Source of the DNA: Octopus sinensis
Taxonomy: Eukaryota
Direction: 5' to 3'
Length of the DNA: 64,000 nucleotides
Assembly: GCF_006345805.1 (NCBI RefSeq)
Contig: NC_043003.1
Span: forward strand, 83,204,001 to 83,268,000
Position numbers and translations under genes: made by a program. This document shows, one piece after another, positions 38,681-52,939 of the stretch; position 1 is the first letter of the stretch; each line of letters begins with the position of its first letter. Under the pieces are notes generated by a model that was not told where the DNA came from, ran no database searches, and worked only from the letters and a program-made list of their open reading frames with translations.

Positions 38681-41170
38681 ACTATTATGGTGATTATGAT
38701 CATCATTATTATTATTAAGACCATTAAGGTAGGTCATGGTTTGACATACACATTAAAGAGTCAACTTTCTTCTGGCTCTTTACTTTCTGACTTCAAAAGC
38801 ATATTTTATCAGCTTTGCCTTTCATCCTAGCGGATTCGATGTATAATATACCAGTCAAGAACGTGGATGCCCCCTCCTCAATGTGGTTGACTTTTACATA
38901 AATCAGAATGTATTATCATTAAGAATATCGGTTGGTATAATCGTGATATCGGTGAACAACATCATTTGCTGCAGTGCCAACGTTTCTTTACGTCTAAGTT
39001 AAATCCCACATCGTAGCCAAATCTATAAAATATATAGTAAAAAAGGATCCTGTCCGGATGCAAGGCCTGATGTCTGTCATGAAAATAGCGATTATTGAAA
39101 ACTGTCTCAACAGTAAATTAGAGTACTAAATATTTTGTATTGTTTGGATATCTCCTAGAATGGTGAATCAAATGTGTTTTTCATAGTTAATCACATACAA
39201 TATAGAGTAAACTAGTATTGTGATTGATATAATCGACTAACTCCATCTCCAAATGTAAGGCCTTACGTTTGTCATAAAAAGAATCGTCATTACTGAAAAC
39301 TGTATTAACTATGAATTATTTAGATATCTCCTTGAGTCGTAAATAAAATGTTTTGACAAAGTTAATCACATAGTTAGTCCACTTCTTTCAGATGTCCATT
39401 TCGCTTTTCGTCTTTCTGTACTTCATAAAGTACCAGTCAAATATTGGCCTCAATTTCAATGATCGTCATCACTCACTAAGTGGCCAATTGCCAGAATAGT
39501 TAGAACATCGGGGCAAACGTCTTTCACAATTTGTTCTGGTTCTTTTCAGTCTGAATTCAGATCCCTCTGTGGGCAACGTTGCTTTCATGATCGGGGATCG
39601 ATAATATAGTGTATCAGTATAGACCCTTAGATTAACGGAATTCTTAGTATGTTGGACAAATTGTGATTTTTGTTCCGGACTTATACGTTTTAATTACCCA
39701 GGCAGGTATGATGAGGGTGTCTATATTTACCCGACAAGTTGGTACCATATATGAATAATGATAACAGGAGACCACTTTTGTGTTCTTCTACGAATATTCC
39801 ACGACAAGAATATAACGTTTGTCAAGAAAATCAGTGCGGTCGTTCGGCGACTAGATACTGATAAAAGAAAAGACACCATTCTTAGAAAGTGTTTAAACAT
39901 GTGACAAAGATAAGGAAAGGACGCATTATATTTAGTATTGTTGAAATGCCAAACATTTGAAATTCTAACTTGAATAAGACATTTTTATAGTAACAAATAT
40001 CTGAAAACATTCTCTGCCAAAATATGAAAATATATCGTATGTGGGAGATGTCAACTATTTCATGCAATACGATGATTCACATAAAGTATTTCTATTTGTG
40101 AATAATATATATCTATCAACAATATTAATATTCATGTTGTGATATATCTTGCATCAAACAAACAAAAACTCTCGCATATAGGATTAATGGAACTCTTATC
40201 TACTAATTGTTTGATTCATCTTGTATATTCTAAATGGATAGGATTTCACTGTAAAAGACTTTGTGTCTCGATTTCATGTTTTATTCAACATATATCAGCA
40301 ACCCACATATTTGCTAGAAGTGTGAAGCGGTTATATTGTTATTATCTCAGATAGAACGTCAACAACTAAGTCTTTGTATTCGCTTATAAATGGCACTATT
40401 TTCAGTGAATCAAATCTGTTTGCTCCTCTACTAGCTTTCTATAGTTGTAATTGGTTCTCGGAGTGATAAAATATCAGAGAATATGCCGTAGGTTTTGGTC
40501 AAGTGCATTGTGTGCAGTGTTAAGCTTCTCAACCAAATAGTGACTGAAGATGTAACACTAAATTGCGTTATCCTCACAAGTCATCTAAGTGTTATTTGAC
40601 AAATTTAAACAGGAGTCCTATTTACAGGAAAATCAATCTTTTCTCACTAACTAAAGATTCGGCAGTCTTAGCGCCTGCTTTATAAGACACACTGACTTGT
40701 AATGTCGTTGATTGATTTTATAAATTTAGTAAAGAGAAAAGCCTGAAGCAGTAACAACCATTTTATATATTATTGTTTTTTTCAATAACTCCACACCGGA
40801 CATCTTGTTGATGTTAACATAATAAACATGGAGTATGTCAACGTTGACTTAAAATCTAATGATTGGATAGATAATGGCAGAGAAAATCATTCACATAATT
40901 AATTGTAATGGACGTATTTGAAAACATTGTCAACAAGTAAATGTATTTAGAACAGCTTAGTCTCGTACCACACAGTCCTCACAATCACATAGCCGTAGGA
41001 AAGATTGAACCTAGATTTGAGAGCTAAGAAAACGGTCGTCAAGTTCCTGCTGATATTACTCCTCGTCGTAAATAATAAAAAAATAATTCATTTTACGCTT
41101 TGGAACTTGGTTTACAGTTAAACTATAAAATAAATCATCGACGTTAATGAATCAGTGTTGCTGTACATAA

Positions 41171-41844
41171 GAGGAAGAAACTAAAGAAGAAGGGAACCAA
41201 ACAGAAAAGGAAACGACAGAAGAAGAGATCCAGCAAGAGTGGGAAGAAGGAAGGAAAAGAAGAAAGAGAAGAAGGAGAAAAGCAAACAGTACGGAACTCC
41301 AATCCACCCCAAAACCACCCGCACCCTCTGAGTCCCACCCGTCCCCTGCAGACAGTGAAGCTACCCACTTTCCACCAACAAGAAAACAGAAAAAAGATAC
41401 ACACAGTCAAGACACTAAAAAAGAACCCAGGCCCAACGTTTTATGTATTGCAGGAAATGAGGAGATAAAAAAGACAATGACGGACTACCGATGGTGTAAT
41501 AGGGGAGGGAAAAGATGTGCAGTAATTCCAAAGGAACAAGTGGATGAGTTTATGGAAAGGTGCGAAAGGATGGACTGGAGAATAATTGAAGTGGATATGG
41601 ATGAAGAGACGGTGAAGGAATTTGAAGAGAGATTTGAGAGAAGGATAGAGGTGAAGGCATATTATATTGAGACTGAGCAAGACTGAAGGACAGGTAAGTG
41701 ATGCTAGCGGATGGGGCCGTTAGCACCACTTTCATATATCATTTTCATTGATTCATTTTACCCATAACTATGTAATTGTGATGTTCTATGTCCCCAATGT
41801 TTGTAGCGTCCCCTCTATGTAGCCCCTAGTGGGTAATAAAAAAT
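41171..41844 (+). mobile_element. 5'-truncated, divergent sister copy of the ORF1-only retroposon
   Basis: Open frame 41171-41686 homologous to the C-terminal part of the 23823-25196 ORF (QTEKETTEEE, HFPPTRKQK, LCIAG, MERCE); same 3' hairpin and tail. Confidence 0.85.
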
Positions 41845-41995
41845 CACAGTGTTGCTGTACAGCATCAGAACAACCGTGATCAAGCAGAATCAACATCAAA
41901 TCATATCACCTGAAACAATCCTTTTTTACAGACATCTACACACACAAAGCAATATATATATATATATATAGATAGATATAGATATAGATATAGAT

Positions 41996-42162
41996 ATTAT
42001 TAAAATTATAATTTGGGATATCTAAGAGATACCGCCACTTTGGAAATAGCAGCCAAAACCTGACTCTAAAACAACATTTAATGTTGTTTTAGAGTCAGGT
42101 TTTGGTTGCTATTTCCAGCGTGGCGGTACCTTTTAGATAGCCTAAATTATAATTTTGATAAT
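41996..42162. mobile_element. 167-bp near-perfect palindrome (MITE-like hairpin)
   Basis: Arms of ~83 nt centred on AACATTTAATGTT. Confidence 0.85.
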
Positions 42163-42598
42163 AATTATTACCTTTGAAGGTTTTTATTCTCATTTGATAA
42201 GATCGATATTTCCCACTTAATAAGATCGATATTTTAGTTAACGATCTCATCCTTATTTATATATATATATAATTCATAAAGAAGTATACAATTGACAGTG
42301 ACTTTGAAGGTTTAGCCAGCTAAGGTATAGTCCAAGTGCGATACATTGAAGTTAATCTTTATTGAGATGAAATTTTCCTTGGGTATATGGGTTTAAGTGG
42401 TAAGTAAGTTGTAGGATGGATATATATATATATATAATTTTCATTTGTAAATCTCTCATCGAGAGATATTCAGTAATAGTAGAAATTATTTGGCAACATA
42501 ACGTGGCAGTCCTGGTTAAGGACGAATGTTGGCGCTAAATAACATTAACATTCCTCCTGTAACGTTATGCTGGCAAATAATCTCTCTCTGTGTATATG

Positions 42599-42642
<44 letters not shown>

Positions 42643-42762
42643 CCTGCTCGCTTAGCCAGCGGGGTGGCGTTATTCGAAGGCTAAAACAATGCGAACGCAT
42701 TGTGACCAGCGATGTGTAGCAACATCTGATGGTCTGGTCGGTCACGTGATATATATATATAT

Positions 42763-43030
42763 ACGGCAGCAGACTCGCGGTCGGATGATCGCGGTTTCGA
42801 TTCCCAAACCGGGCGTTGTGTGTGTATATTGAGCGAAAACACCTAAAGTTCCACGAGACTCCTGCAGGGAGGGAGGCGGCCCCTATTGTACTCTTTCGAC
42901 CGACTTTCTCTCACTCTTTCTTCCTGTTTCGTGGGTAACGCTGCGATGGACTGGCGTCCCGTCCAGCTGGAGGGAACACATACGCCACAGAAACCGGGAA
43001 ACCGGGTTCATGAGCCTGGCTAGGCTTGAA
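42763..43030 (+). mobile_element. SINE family B/C with V-domain-like module
   Basis: GGTTTCGATTCCCAAACCGGGCG head; GCTGCGATGGACTGGCGTCCCGTCCAG module. Confidence 0.8.
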
Positions 43031-43705
43031 AAGGGTGAATATATATATTTATATTAGTATCGCGCTACTAATAGTTTCCCGTACGTTCGTCATGCGTTTG
43101 TGCGGGAAACTATTAGTACATGTAGTTGAAATGTTTAGTAATATATATACGAATGTATATGTCTACACACACACATATATATATAGTAAATGTGTGTGCG
43201 CGTGTGTGTGGTCTCTTGACAGCTGTTGGTTTTTATCCCTACAACTTAGCTATTTGGCATAACAAATAAGACTTCAATAAAATAACTCGTACTGACGTCT
43301 ATTTATTCGACTAAAAAATATTCAAGACGGTTACCCAGCATGGGCGCGATCCAATGACTGAAAGAACTGAACGATAAATTATATATTTCGTTATTAGAAC
43401 ATTGGTTGCCGCATAATGCATTAAATATTGTCTGAAAAAAAAAACCTTTTCGATTAAAAAAAAAAGCCGTATATATTTATTTTTAGAACGTATCGTAGAA
43501 GTTATCCAGAGGTTTTTAGCCAAAACTGTATAACACGACTAATATAAATATGTCTATATAAATATGTTGGTGGAAAGTAAAAAAATGAACAGCTTTATAT
43601 ACTCTATGTCTCAATGTTGCTTTTAATTTGCTTTGCAGTTGTACGCCTTCCTAACCTATCCGCGAATATATTACCAAAAGCATCGATGATCTTACTGGAT
43701 AAAGG

Positions 43706-44120
43706 AAGGAGTGGAGCTGGCAGAATCGTTAATGCGCCAGGTAAATTATTCGTCTTTATGAGCTGAGTTCAAATTCCACCGAGGTTCACTTTGCCTTTCA
43801 TGCTTTCGGGGTCGATAAAATAAGTACCAATCGAGCCCTGAGATCGATATAACCGATTTAAACCCTGCTCCGAAATTGCCAAAATCTTTAAATCATTATT
43901 ACTGGTCAAAGGAAGGCGGCAAGCGGGCAGACTCGCTAACGTGCCGGTCAAAATGTATTTCGTCCGTATTTACAGTCTGAGTTCAAATTCCTCCGAGGTT
44001 TACTTTACCTTCCACACTTTCGGGGTCGGTAAAATAAATACCAGTTGGGTACTAAGGTCGAAGTAACGGACTTACCCCTTCCCTGAAATTACTGGCCTTG
44101 TACTAAAATTTGAAACCGAT
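43706..44120 (+). mobile_element. Two tandem SINE family A copies with alternative tail
   Basis: Head, core and GGCCTTGTACTAAAATTTGAAA tail. Confidence 0.75.
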
Positions 44121-44473
44121 ATTATTGGCTAAAGGTAACTGGAAGTAGCAATTTGCATATAAGACCACGGATTAAAAAAATGAAAAGTCAACAGCGAAAT
44201 TTATTAACCGTATCGTTATATATATTCATATCAATAATGCGCGTTAAATCTACTCTGGAAATTCTTTTGGGGAATACTTGTTGCTGTTTCGTATCGTTAT
44301 TGCTTTGTTTTGTTGTTTAGACGCCTCAGACTTCATCAAGCATACGTGTAATAAAAAAATTTTCCCATCCATCCGGGCATTTTAAGAGTATACTGGAAAA
44401 CATTAACCAATGTTCCTGCCCCTTCTCCGATTAGATTGCGAATAGTAGCATCTCCCTCAGTTCACGTACAATC

Positions 44474-44709
44474 TGTTTCTTTATTGCCCACAAGGGACTA
44501 AACATAGAGGGAAACAAACAAGGACAGATAAACGGATTAAGTCGATTACATTGATCCCAGTGCGTAACTGATACTTAATTTATCAACCGCGAAACGATGA
44601 AAGACAAGGTCGATCCCGGCGGAATTTGAACTCAGAACGTAACGGCAGACGAAATACGACTACGCATTTCGCCCGGCGTGCTAACGGTTCTGCCAGCTCG
44701 CCGCCTTCG
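44474..44709 (-). mobile_element. SINE family A, young full-length copy with 14-bp TSD
   Basis: TSD GTTCACGTACAATC at 44460-44473 and 44710-44723; Tx1-like tail. Confidence 0.95.
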
Positions 44710-46262
44710 GTTCACGTACAATCGTCGAGAGAATGGGCGCTAAACTTGAATATAACTTATTAACATACAGAACGATAAAGGCTGGAAATCTTTTGACCAG
44801 TCTGTGAAGTCTAGTGTTATGTTAAACAACGGCAACTCTGACATCATCAATATTCTATTTTACTTTACTGCTTAAAACGCTAGTCGCTGCATCAAGAAAG
44901 TGTATTCATAGCGATCATAAACACCTCATTTTGTACTATCTCTTTCGCCGATCAGATTCATACTAATGCAAACCATTACTCGCCAACCAATTCTAAATTG
45001 TTCTAATTTTCTAGAGAAACACTTTTATTCCGAAAACATTATTTATAGTAATTTTATTTCATTTTCAACACCTTCAAGAATCATTCCGAGACTTTATTTA
45101 ATATATTTTATATTTCTTTGTCAATTTCTATTAGAAGAGTAGCACTCTAAGAAGTTTAACATCTTCACATAAATTTAGTCAATCTAACATTTCTTCGCAT
45201 TTTCTAACGTTTTTATCTATGCAAGTCTTTCTGTGTCTATATGTGCGTGTTTGTGTATGTATGTATGAATGTATATGCGCATATGTATATGTTAGTATGC
45301 ATGTATGTATGTATGTATGTATGTATGTATGTATGTATGTATGTATGTGTAGACAGATAGACAGATGACAGATAAAATAATTTTCACATCCAACTTAACT
45401 TGAATGTGTGTTAAAAAGGCCGTAAGCTGTGGTAATCGTCCTGAGAAATCGTCTCCTATAGACAAGAGACAAGCAATTACTATCCTTACAGAAAACCCAA
45501 CTAGGAAAATGTCTCTTAGACGCTTCAACTCCATTCAGTCCCAACTGTGATTCAGAGCCTAGTCTCAGACGTCAGCAGAAAAACCTTCACTATATAAGTG
45601 AACCGAGTGAGCTACTACAGGAGCCCACCCTGCTATAACGAGACAGTATCTAGAAGCTTCCTTACACTAGCTAAAATGTATTTCTCAGCTCTTTAATTCC
45701 CATAATTCTAAGGTTCCCTGCTTGTGATTAAATAATATCGCTTCCCTCATGTCATGCTACATCAGACGTACGCACAAACCCACCGGTTTCCCTTCTACAC
45801 TCTGCTGAAAACCTACCACAAAATGGCAAAATATACAACCCCTATTTATATGTCAGTCTTGCGAAGCTACTCTTAGCTGAAACCACCAAATCTGTTAACT
45901 GCCACGTGGTAAATGTTGTCAGTAAAGTATCATAAACTACAGAGCGATTACTATTTGACTAATTCACGCCAACGTTTTACCTACACTACTACGTGCATCA
46001 ACTAATATTAAGAATTAATGCCAATGGATACATCATTTTGCACAATGCCGATAATGTGCGCCAACATCTTGTCTACTCTAAAATGTGCATCTAGCAATAA
46101 AATAGCTGCGTCTATCATAGCAGAAAAAAAAACATCCACGTGACCTGAACAAACGAACGGAGGCTCAAATAACTTTCAAATTTCTTCTCACTTATGGCTT
46201 CGTTTCCGAAGAAAACAGGAGGTAGATGCGCAATTAACCAGACCCTGTCCAAACTGTTACGC

Positions 46263-46301
<39 letters not shown>

Positions 46302-46635
46302 CTGTGTGTGTGTGTGTGTTTGTGTGTGTGTGTAGTGTTAGAAGTGGTGTACAGATATTGTATCTTGAGAAAATGGAGGTAGTCAGAATTTTGGATAATC
46401 CTTTATTAGTGCTTTCGTTAGTTTTCGAACTCGTCAAGACAAAATCGAAATTAAAATGGTAAAAGCAGAAAGGTTCCTTGTTCATTTCTATGAATCAAAT
46501 GTTTTTGTTTTGTTTTGTTTTGAAAAGGAGAATATTGTTTTTGTTTTTTGAAAAAGGCGGGGAGAGAGAGAAAGAAAAGCAAAGCGGTGGGAGAATAGAT
46601 TGAGAAAGAGGCTTCAGGACAATCAAGAAAGAGAA

Positions 46636-46687
<52 letters not shown>

Positions 46688-46689
<2 letters not shown>

Positions 46690-47240
46690 CACAAACCACC
46701 TCCAGTGCTTGAAAATGATCACATCTCACTCCTCTGGAACTTCACCATTCAAACTGACAGAAAGATAGATGCAAATAGGCCAGACATCATATTGAAAGAA
46801 TTCAGACAAAAGTCATGCCTCCTCATTGATATGACTAACCCAATCGATATAAACATATCTGTCAAGACCTACCAAAAACTGAGCAAGTATAAAGATCTTG
46901 AAATAGATATTAGCAAAATGTGGAAGCTGAAGACTAAAACAATACCTGTTGTCATAGATGCCCTGGGAATGATAGCGAAAGGGGCTGATTGCTACCTAGC
47001 CCAGATACCAAGAAACCCCAAAATGCCAGAAATTCAAAATATAGTGCTCATGGGAACTGCTCATATCCTTAATTTTCTTATGGTTTCTTAAACATTCTCT
47101 AGAATAACACTATGTAGAAATGCAAATATATGACACCCTAGGCATAACACCAACATGAACTTCCAACTTGTTGTCTCTTGAGGTTTCTGGGTGAGACTTG
47201 GAGCCAACTTGTACAAATGTAAAGCAAATGACAAACATAA
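46688..47240 (+). mobile_element. R4/Dong-like LINE 3' fragment (restriction-like endonuclease) inserted in (AAT)n
   Basis: LLWNFTIQTDRKIDANRPDII, LIDMT.P, KLSKYKDLEI, IPVVI.ALG; AAT repeats on both sides. Confidence 0.9.
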
Positions 47241-47869
47241 AATAATAATAATAACAAAGGATGCAGAAAGTATAGACAGAGAGAGAGGGGGGGGGAGAAC
47301 GAAATTTCTTTACTATTTGGTGTGGCCACTGCATTGAAATTTCATTACAAAGTATTTATCTTTCTTTCTCTTTTTTTTTTTGTCTTTTTCTATTGTATAC
47401 ATATCAACATATTTGTAAATAAATGCAACATCTCACAAGGGCTGGTGACCTTTCAAAGATGTTAATTTCAGGGAGTCGGATGGAAGAAATACGAAAAGTG
47501 TGGAGGGTAAGGACATCACCGCAAAATAAAAAAGAGCTCAAAGTTCAAAGTCCTTTGAAAATGTATTTTCTTGTACACTGTACAGCCAAGTGCCATATTC
47601 TGTGTAATTCTATGTTTTGCATGAACAAACATTAGATATTAGTGCAATATATATAAATTAGGAAACTAACGTCAAAACCACGAATTACTTTGCCAAGTAA
47701 CTACATTAGATATCTTTCCTAATCAGTGGTAAAATGGTTCTAATATTCTTTCCGGGTATATGTAAGTTCTATAAGAACAACAGTTGTCAAAATCCCAATG
47801 TTATATAGATATGACCAATCACAGAGACGAGAATATCACATTATTAACATTGCTTTTTTTTTTCTTCTT

Positions 47870-48238
47870 TTCTTTTGGAAAAAGGAATATAGAGAGACAG
47901 AGAGAGAAAAAGCAAAGCGGGGCTTAAATAGAGAGAGAGGGGTTTCAGGAGAATCAAGAAAAAGGAGAATAAAAAAATAATAATGATAACAAAAGATGGG
48001 AAAAGTATAGAGAGAGGGTTAGGGTTAGGGTTACATTAAAAAATATTTTACTTTTTTCTTTCTCTTTTCTTTTTTTCTTTTTCTATTGAATTCCTATCAA
48101 CATATTTGTAAATAAACCCATTTTCTCACAAGGTCTGGTGACCATTCAAAGGTGTCAATCTTAGGAGGTAGAAGGGAAGAAATAAGAAAAAGGGGAGGGT
48201 GTGGCCATTACTGAAAAATAAAAAAGTGTTCAAAGTTT
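47870..48238. repeat. Paralogue of 46540-47550 lacking the LINE insertion; contains three TTAGGG-like units
   Basis: Shared AAAGCAAAGCGG, TCAGGA(C/G)AATCAAGAAA, TATCAACATATTTGTAAATAAA and TCTCACAAGG blocks. Confidence 0.8.
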
Positions 48239-48251
48239 ATATATACATGCA

Positions 48252-48286
<35 letters not shown>

Positions 48287-48299
48287 TTAGAACTTAGAT

Positions 48300-48590
48300 A
48301 AACTAAGATATGTTTCGACCAAAGATTGGTCGAGGTCATGTCTAACTTAATAGCACAACCTGATAGGATTATCTAAATCCTGTTTAAGTCAAGATTTATT
48401 AATAGTCCATTCAAGTAGTGAGTTCTTGTTGAGTGAGTTGTATCCAGGTATATATGGCTTATCCGGTATTCTTTGAAGAAATTTGTCCAGACTCCGTTTA
48501 AAAGTGATGGGATCCTTTTCCTCTTTGGTCTCTTTCGGGACAATGTTAAACAGGGCAGGGCCTGTTGAGTAGAAGACATTATGCTGCAGT
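48300..48590 (-). mobile_element. CR1/L2-like LINE 3' end fragment
   Basis: STGPALFNIVP..FKRSLDKFLQRIPDKP.IPGY..NSL C-terminal motif followed by a short 3' UTR with a stem-loop. Confidence 0.7.
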
Positions 48591-48595
48591 GTACC

Positions 48596-48635
<40 letters not shown>

Positions 48636-49686
48636 AGTATGTATGTGTATATGTGGACGTGTATTTTATGTTTCCACTACATTTAGCAATATGCTTTACA
48701 ACATTCATATCAACACAGAAAGTCGATAATTCATTTGCATATATACAAATTGTTCATGTGTCTATTTCAGTTGTATTTTTCGTGTATTTATGTACATGCC
48801 TATGTATGCATATGTGCATATACGTATGCATAAACGCACTTGTATTTATGCAAGTGTGTGCATTTACGCATGCATATATGTATATATGTTTGCACACATG
48901 TATGCCAATTGGTATGAAAGTGTTTACATGCGATTCACTGTCTTTCTCATTAGCATGAAACTGCAACAACTATTGCTTCCAATACTAATTCTACTTTATT
49001 TTGTGAGGTTTTAAATATAATTATCAACTCAAGGCCATCTATCATCCTACACGTAATAGATATGTGTTATATATATGTGTGTGTGTGTGTATTCTACAGT
49101 GTGATGTGTGTAAGCAGCATAGATGTTATTATACACTCACTCATGTATGTATTTATATGTATATACATGCGTGTACATAAGTATGCATGTATGTATGAGC
49201 AAATGTGTTTACATATGTTTATGCGTATATGAGCATATATATATATATACACTTATATATGTGTATATCAGAATATATAAGTATATATATATATATCATT
49301 ACCACTATCATATGCATATGTTGTATATACATTGTGTACATACGTATGTATGTGTTTGTATGTGTGTGTATATATCTTGATATATATTCTTACAGACAGT
49401 TTAGTGTAGGAATAACAAATCCTCTGTGTATGTCTATGAACACCACATGCGTGCTTGTGGCTGTCTCTATATGTGCATTTTTATACTTATATATGTATAC
49501 ATAAACTTGGGTGTGTGTGTGTCTGTCTGTTTGTATATAAACATACATATAAAGTGATACACATATACGTACTTAGCAGATATTGCGGCTATGATTTATG
49601 GGTATAATTAAACAACTGATTGCTTAGATGTGGTGCATTTTGTATCTGCCATGACTTTTTTTAGCCATGTGACTGTATATCTCAGG

Positions 49687-49718
<32 letters not shown>

Positions 49719-50029
49719 CATACACATATAAATATGTTTATACACTCACACACGCACACTCATATATGTGGGTGTATGTGTTTGTGTGTGCGCACGCGTG
49801 TATGCGTATATATATATATATAATATATATATATATAAGTAGATGTATGTAACAACATACATGCGTATTATATATGTATCTAATACTTCACGTACAGCAA
49901 TAGGTGTGCGGTCTCCAAGAAACATTGTTTAACAATCTTATAATCACTAGTCGATTTAAAAAGCCATCTATATCGATCTAAAATCCAGTCAGAACAGACA
50001 AATCATTTTCCCAGCAAAATAATTATTCT

Positions 50030-50156
50030 GGTTTACTTTTTCTTTCATTTTTCGTCTTTTTCGTCTTTCCTCTTAATTTTTGTTTTCACTTGGGTTTACT
50101 TTTTCTTTCATTTTTCGTCTTTTTCGTCTTTCCTCTTAATTTTTGTTTTCACTTGG
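50030..50156. repeat. Exact 63-bp tandem duplication
   Basis: Units start at 50030 and 50093. Confidence 0.95.
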
Positions 50157-52720
50157 GCCTTATTTATGTTCAAAACCTTGAAAGGATTCCGTGATAGAAA
50201 CGTTACATTTACATTGTGATTATATTTTTCGTTTCCATAGGTAACAGACACATTGCGTCAAGTGCAGGCGCATGTGTGTAGTGTTTGTTTGTTTAGGGTC
50301 TTTTTTTTCCATTTTTAATTGTGATTCTCCTCGTTAGATCTACAACTATAAGTAGGTTTCAGGTTACTCTTGTTTTCAAATTGTGTTTGGTGTTTGTCAT
50401 CGGCAGCAAACTGCTGCTTGATTGGAGTAAAAAAAAAAAAGAAATAGCTTAATATTTGATTCATTTAACATTGTTTCGCATAAATTTATTGACTTTATCG
50501 TTGTAACTTGATTTATCTCGTTGTTCTCATCATTCTTTAAGACTTTATTGTAAAATGATGCCCGACAAACAACTGTGCTCTTATTAATGGTTAAATTACC
50601 ATTTCCATTACATTGTTTTACTTTATTTACATTGTTTTTTATACGATTAGCATATACTTTGAAAGAACAGAAAACGTGTTGTGAAGAAAATTATTTTCTG
50701 TGAACATTTACGACATAACTGTATAGGACTCGCCTCCCCTATGTCACAGTGTACACACTCTAAGGTTTTAGTAATACCTTCCGTAACTTATTTTCTCGCA
50801 TCTGTTCATATAATGCAATAATGCATCGCTTTTATTTTTATGCTGTTGCTCCATAGGAACATTCGCTATTTATTGTAGGTTTACCATTGGATCTATATAA
50901 GAATTATGAAATAGTCTACTAAGTCAAAATTTAAATGTTTACTAATAGGTAGTGAAAATTTGGTAGTGAAAATTTGCCTTTCTAGTCAGTAATAGTATTA
51001 TGAAACTAGCGTTCAGTTCATTTTTTCTTTTTTTTTTTCTTTTTTGTCAAGAAATCGGCCTCTTCAAATGACCTGTACCAAGTCCTAAGATCAAGATAAG
51101 ATTCTCAGTGGCATCGAAACTTCTTTGTAGTTTTCCTCTTATCTTCTAGTTTAAGATGCAATGGAAATACATTTACACGTTTAATCCTCTGGAATTAAGA
51201 GCCAAATATCAAAGTTCATGAATTCGTTCTGAGCATACTTTACCAGAAATGAAATTGGGATGTTTGCCGCATAAATTTCGATTAAATAATGGAAATGTGA
51301 ATCACAGCAGCGATTATGTAAAGGCTGCCAACACTGTACGTGTTTAAAATTTGAACGGTACAACCTAGTATCAAAGTCTCAAGACTCTATAAAATGCATG
51401 TACCTCTTGATGCTTTGATTGAAGTTTTCTATGTTCCTACTTTTGCCAGAAGGCCAAATATACTAGTGGCAAAGGTTTGTTGATTATATTTCTCCACACT
51501 GCTTGACTTGCATACTATTTCATCAAAGGACAAAGGTGACATTACCGCAATTCTAACCCAGAACGCAAAAAGCTGAAAGAAATATCGCAAGGTAATTTGT
51601 CTAATGTCCTAGTTATTTTCCACCATCCAACTATAATTCACGAAGAAAACGAAGACATTTTCAGTTATTTAGAATCACACCGCTAGTGATGAGAACCATA
51701 TTATATAGCTTTGTTTATGCTTAACTTTCAAGACAATCTTAACCTAGTAGATATTTGATAAAAACAAAGAAAAAATCGTGAGCCCCTAGCCTGCCATTAT
51801 TCGTGAACGAGTATCTATTATGCCTTTCTATCCCGCCTTCTTATCAGGTTACATTGTCTACCGCATCGTTCACTATCTCTAAACGTCATCGTCTACTGTG
51901 TCCCACAATTTTTAACTCATCATAATGGTTCACTAATCGTTCACTAGTTTGTTGTATAGCTTAGTACAATTTAATATTTTTTATAATAGCACACAACAGT
52001 CTAAAATAAAATACAACACCACACAAAACTGGTATAAAATCCAGCATTACGATATAATTTAGAATTGTAAGTGAAGGGTTTACTTGTTTGAAATATTATC
52101 CCAATGATCCTGAAATTCTCAACTATTTTCAAAAGGGAAAGATGCATAGGAAAATACAGTCCAGAGACACAAATCTGAGAAATAAAATGCGATGGACATG
52201 ATTGAGATGTCCTTGATTGTGTGTTTGTTCCAGCAGATCCAAACTGACATTAAAGAGCAACGTAATATCAATCAACTAAATACGAGAAATAACAAAGAAA
52301 ATATCAACGAAACAAAGAGAACTGGCAAACACGTAAACAACAAAATGGGCCTGAACAAACACTGAACGAACAATTTAGTAACATCAACAAAAAGGAGCAC
52401 CGGATACAAAACACAACAAGTGATTTCAAGTAGCCCCCACCCTATGTAGGGTAAGTAAACTCCCTTGTCAGACTTCTCATAAAATGAGCCACCAAAAAAT
52501 AAAAAGATGGAACACGCGAATACACTGCATTAAATACACACATTCCAGTTAGTCCGAGATGTTACCCCTTTCTTCTATCAAACCCCCAAAAGGCAATATT
52601 TAGAGAAACCTGGCGTTTAACACACGACAAAAATTTCTTGACCCATTGGTCACCAAAATGTGCTACATTTTGTATCAATACTACCGAATCCTCAGAGTCT
52701 GGAATCTGAACAAAAGTATT

Positions 52721-52881
52721 GCGCAGGAGTGGCTATGTGGTAAGTACCTTGCTAACCAACCACATGGTTTCGGGTTCAGTCCCACTGCGTGGTATCTTGG
52801 GCAAGTGTCTTCTGCTATAGCCCCGGGCCGACCAATGCCTTGTGAGTGGATTTGGTAGACGGAAACTGAAAGCAACCTGTC

Positions 52882-52939
<58 letters not shown>

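Noticed and set aside
48305-48345. Hammerhead in CGACC-AATCTTT-GGTCGAAAC
   Set aside because: No CUGANGA core or helix I; better explained as a LINE 3' UTR stem-loop
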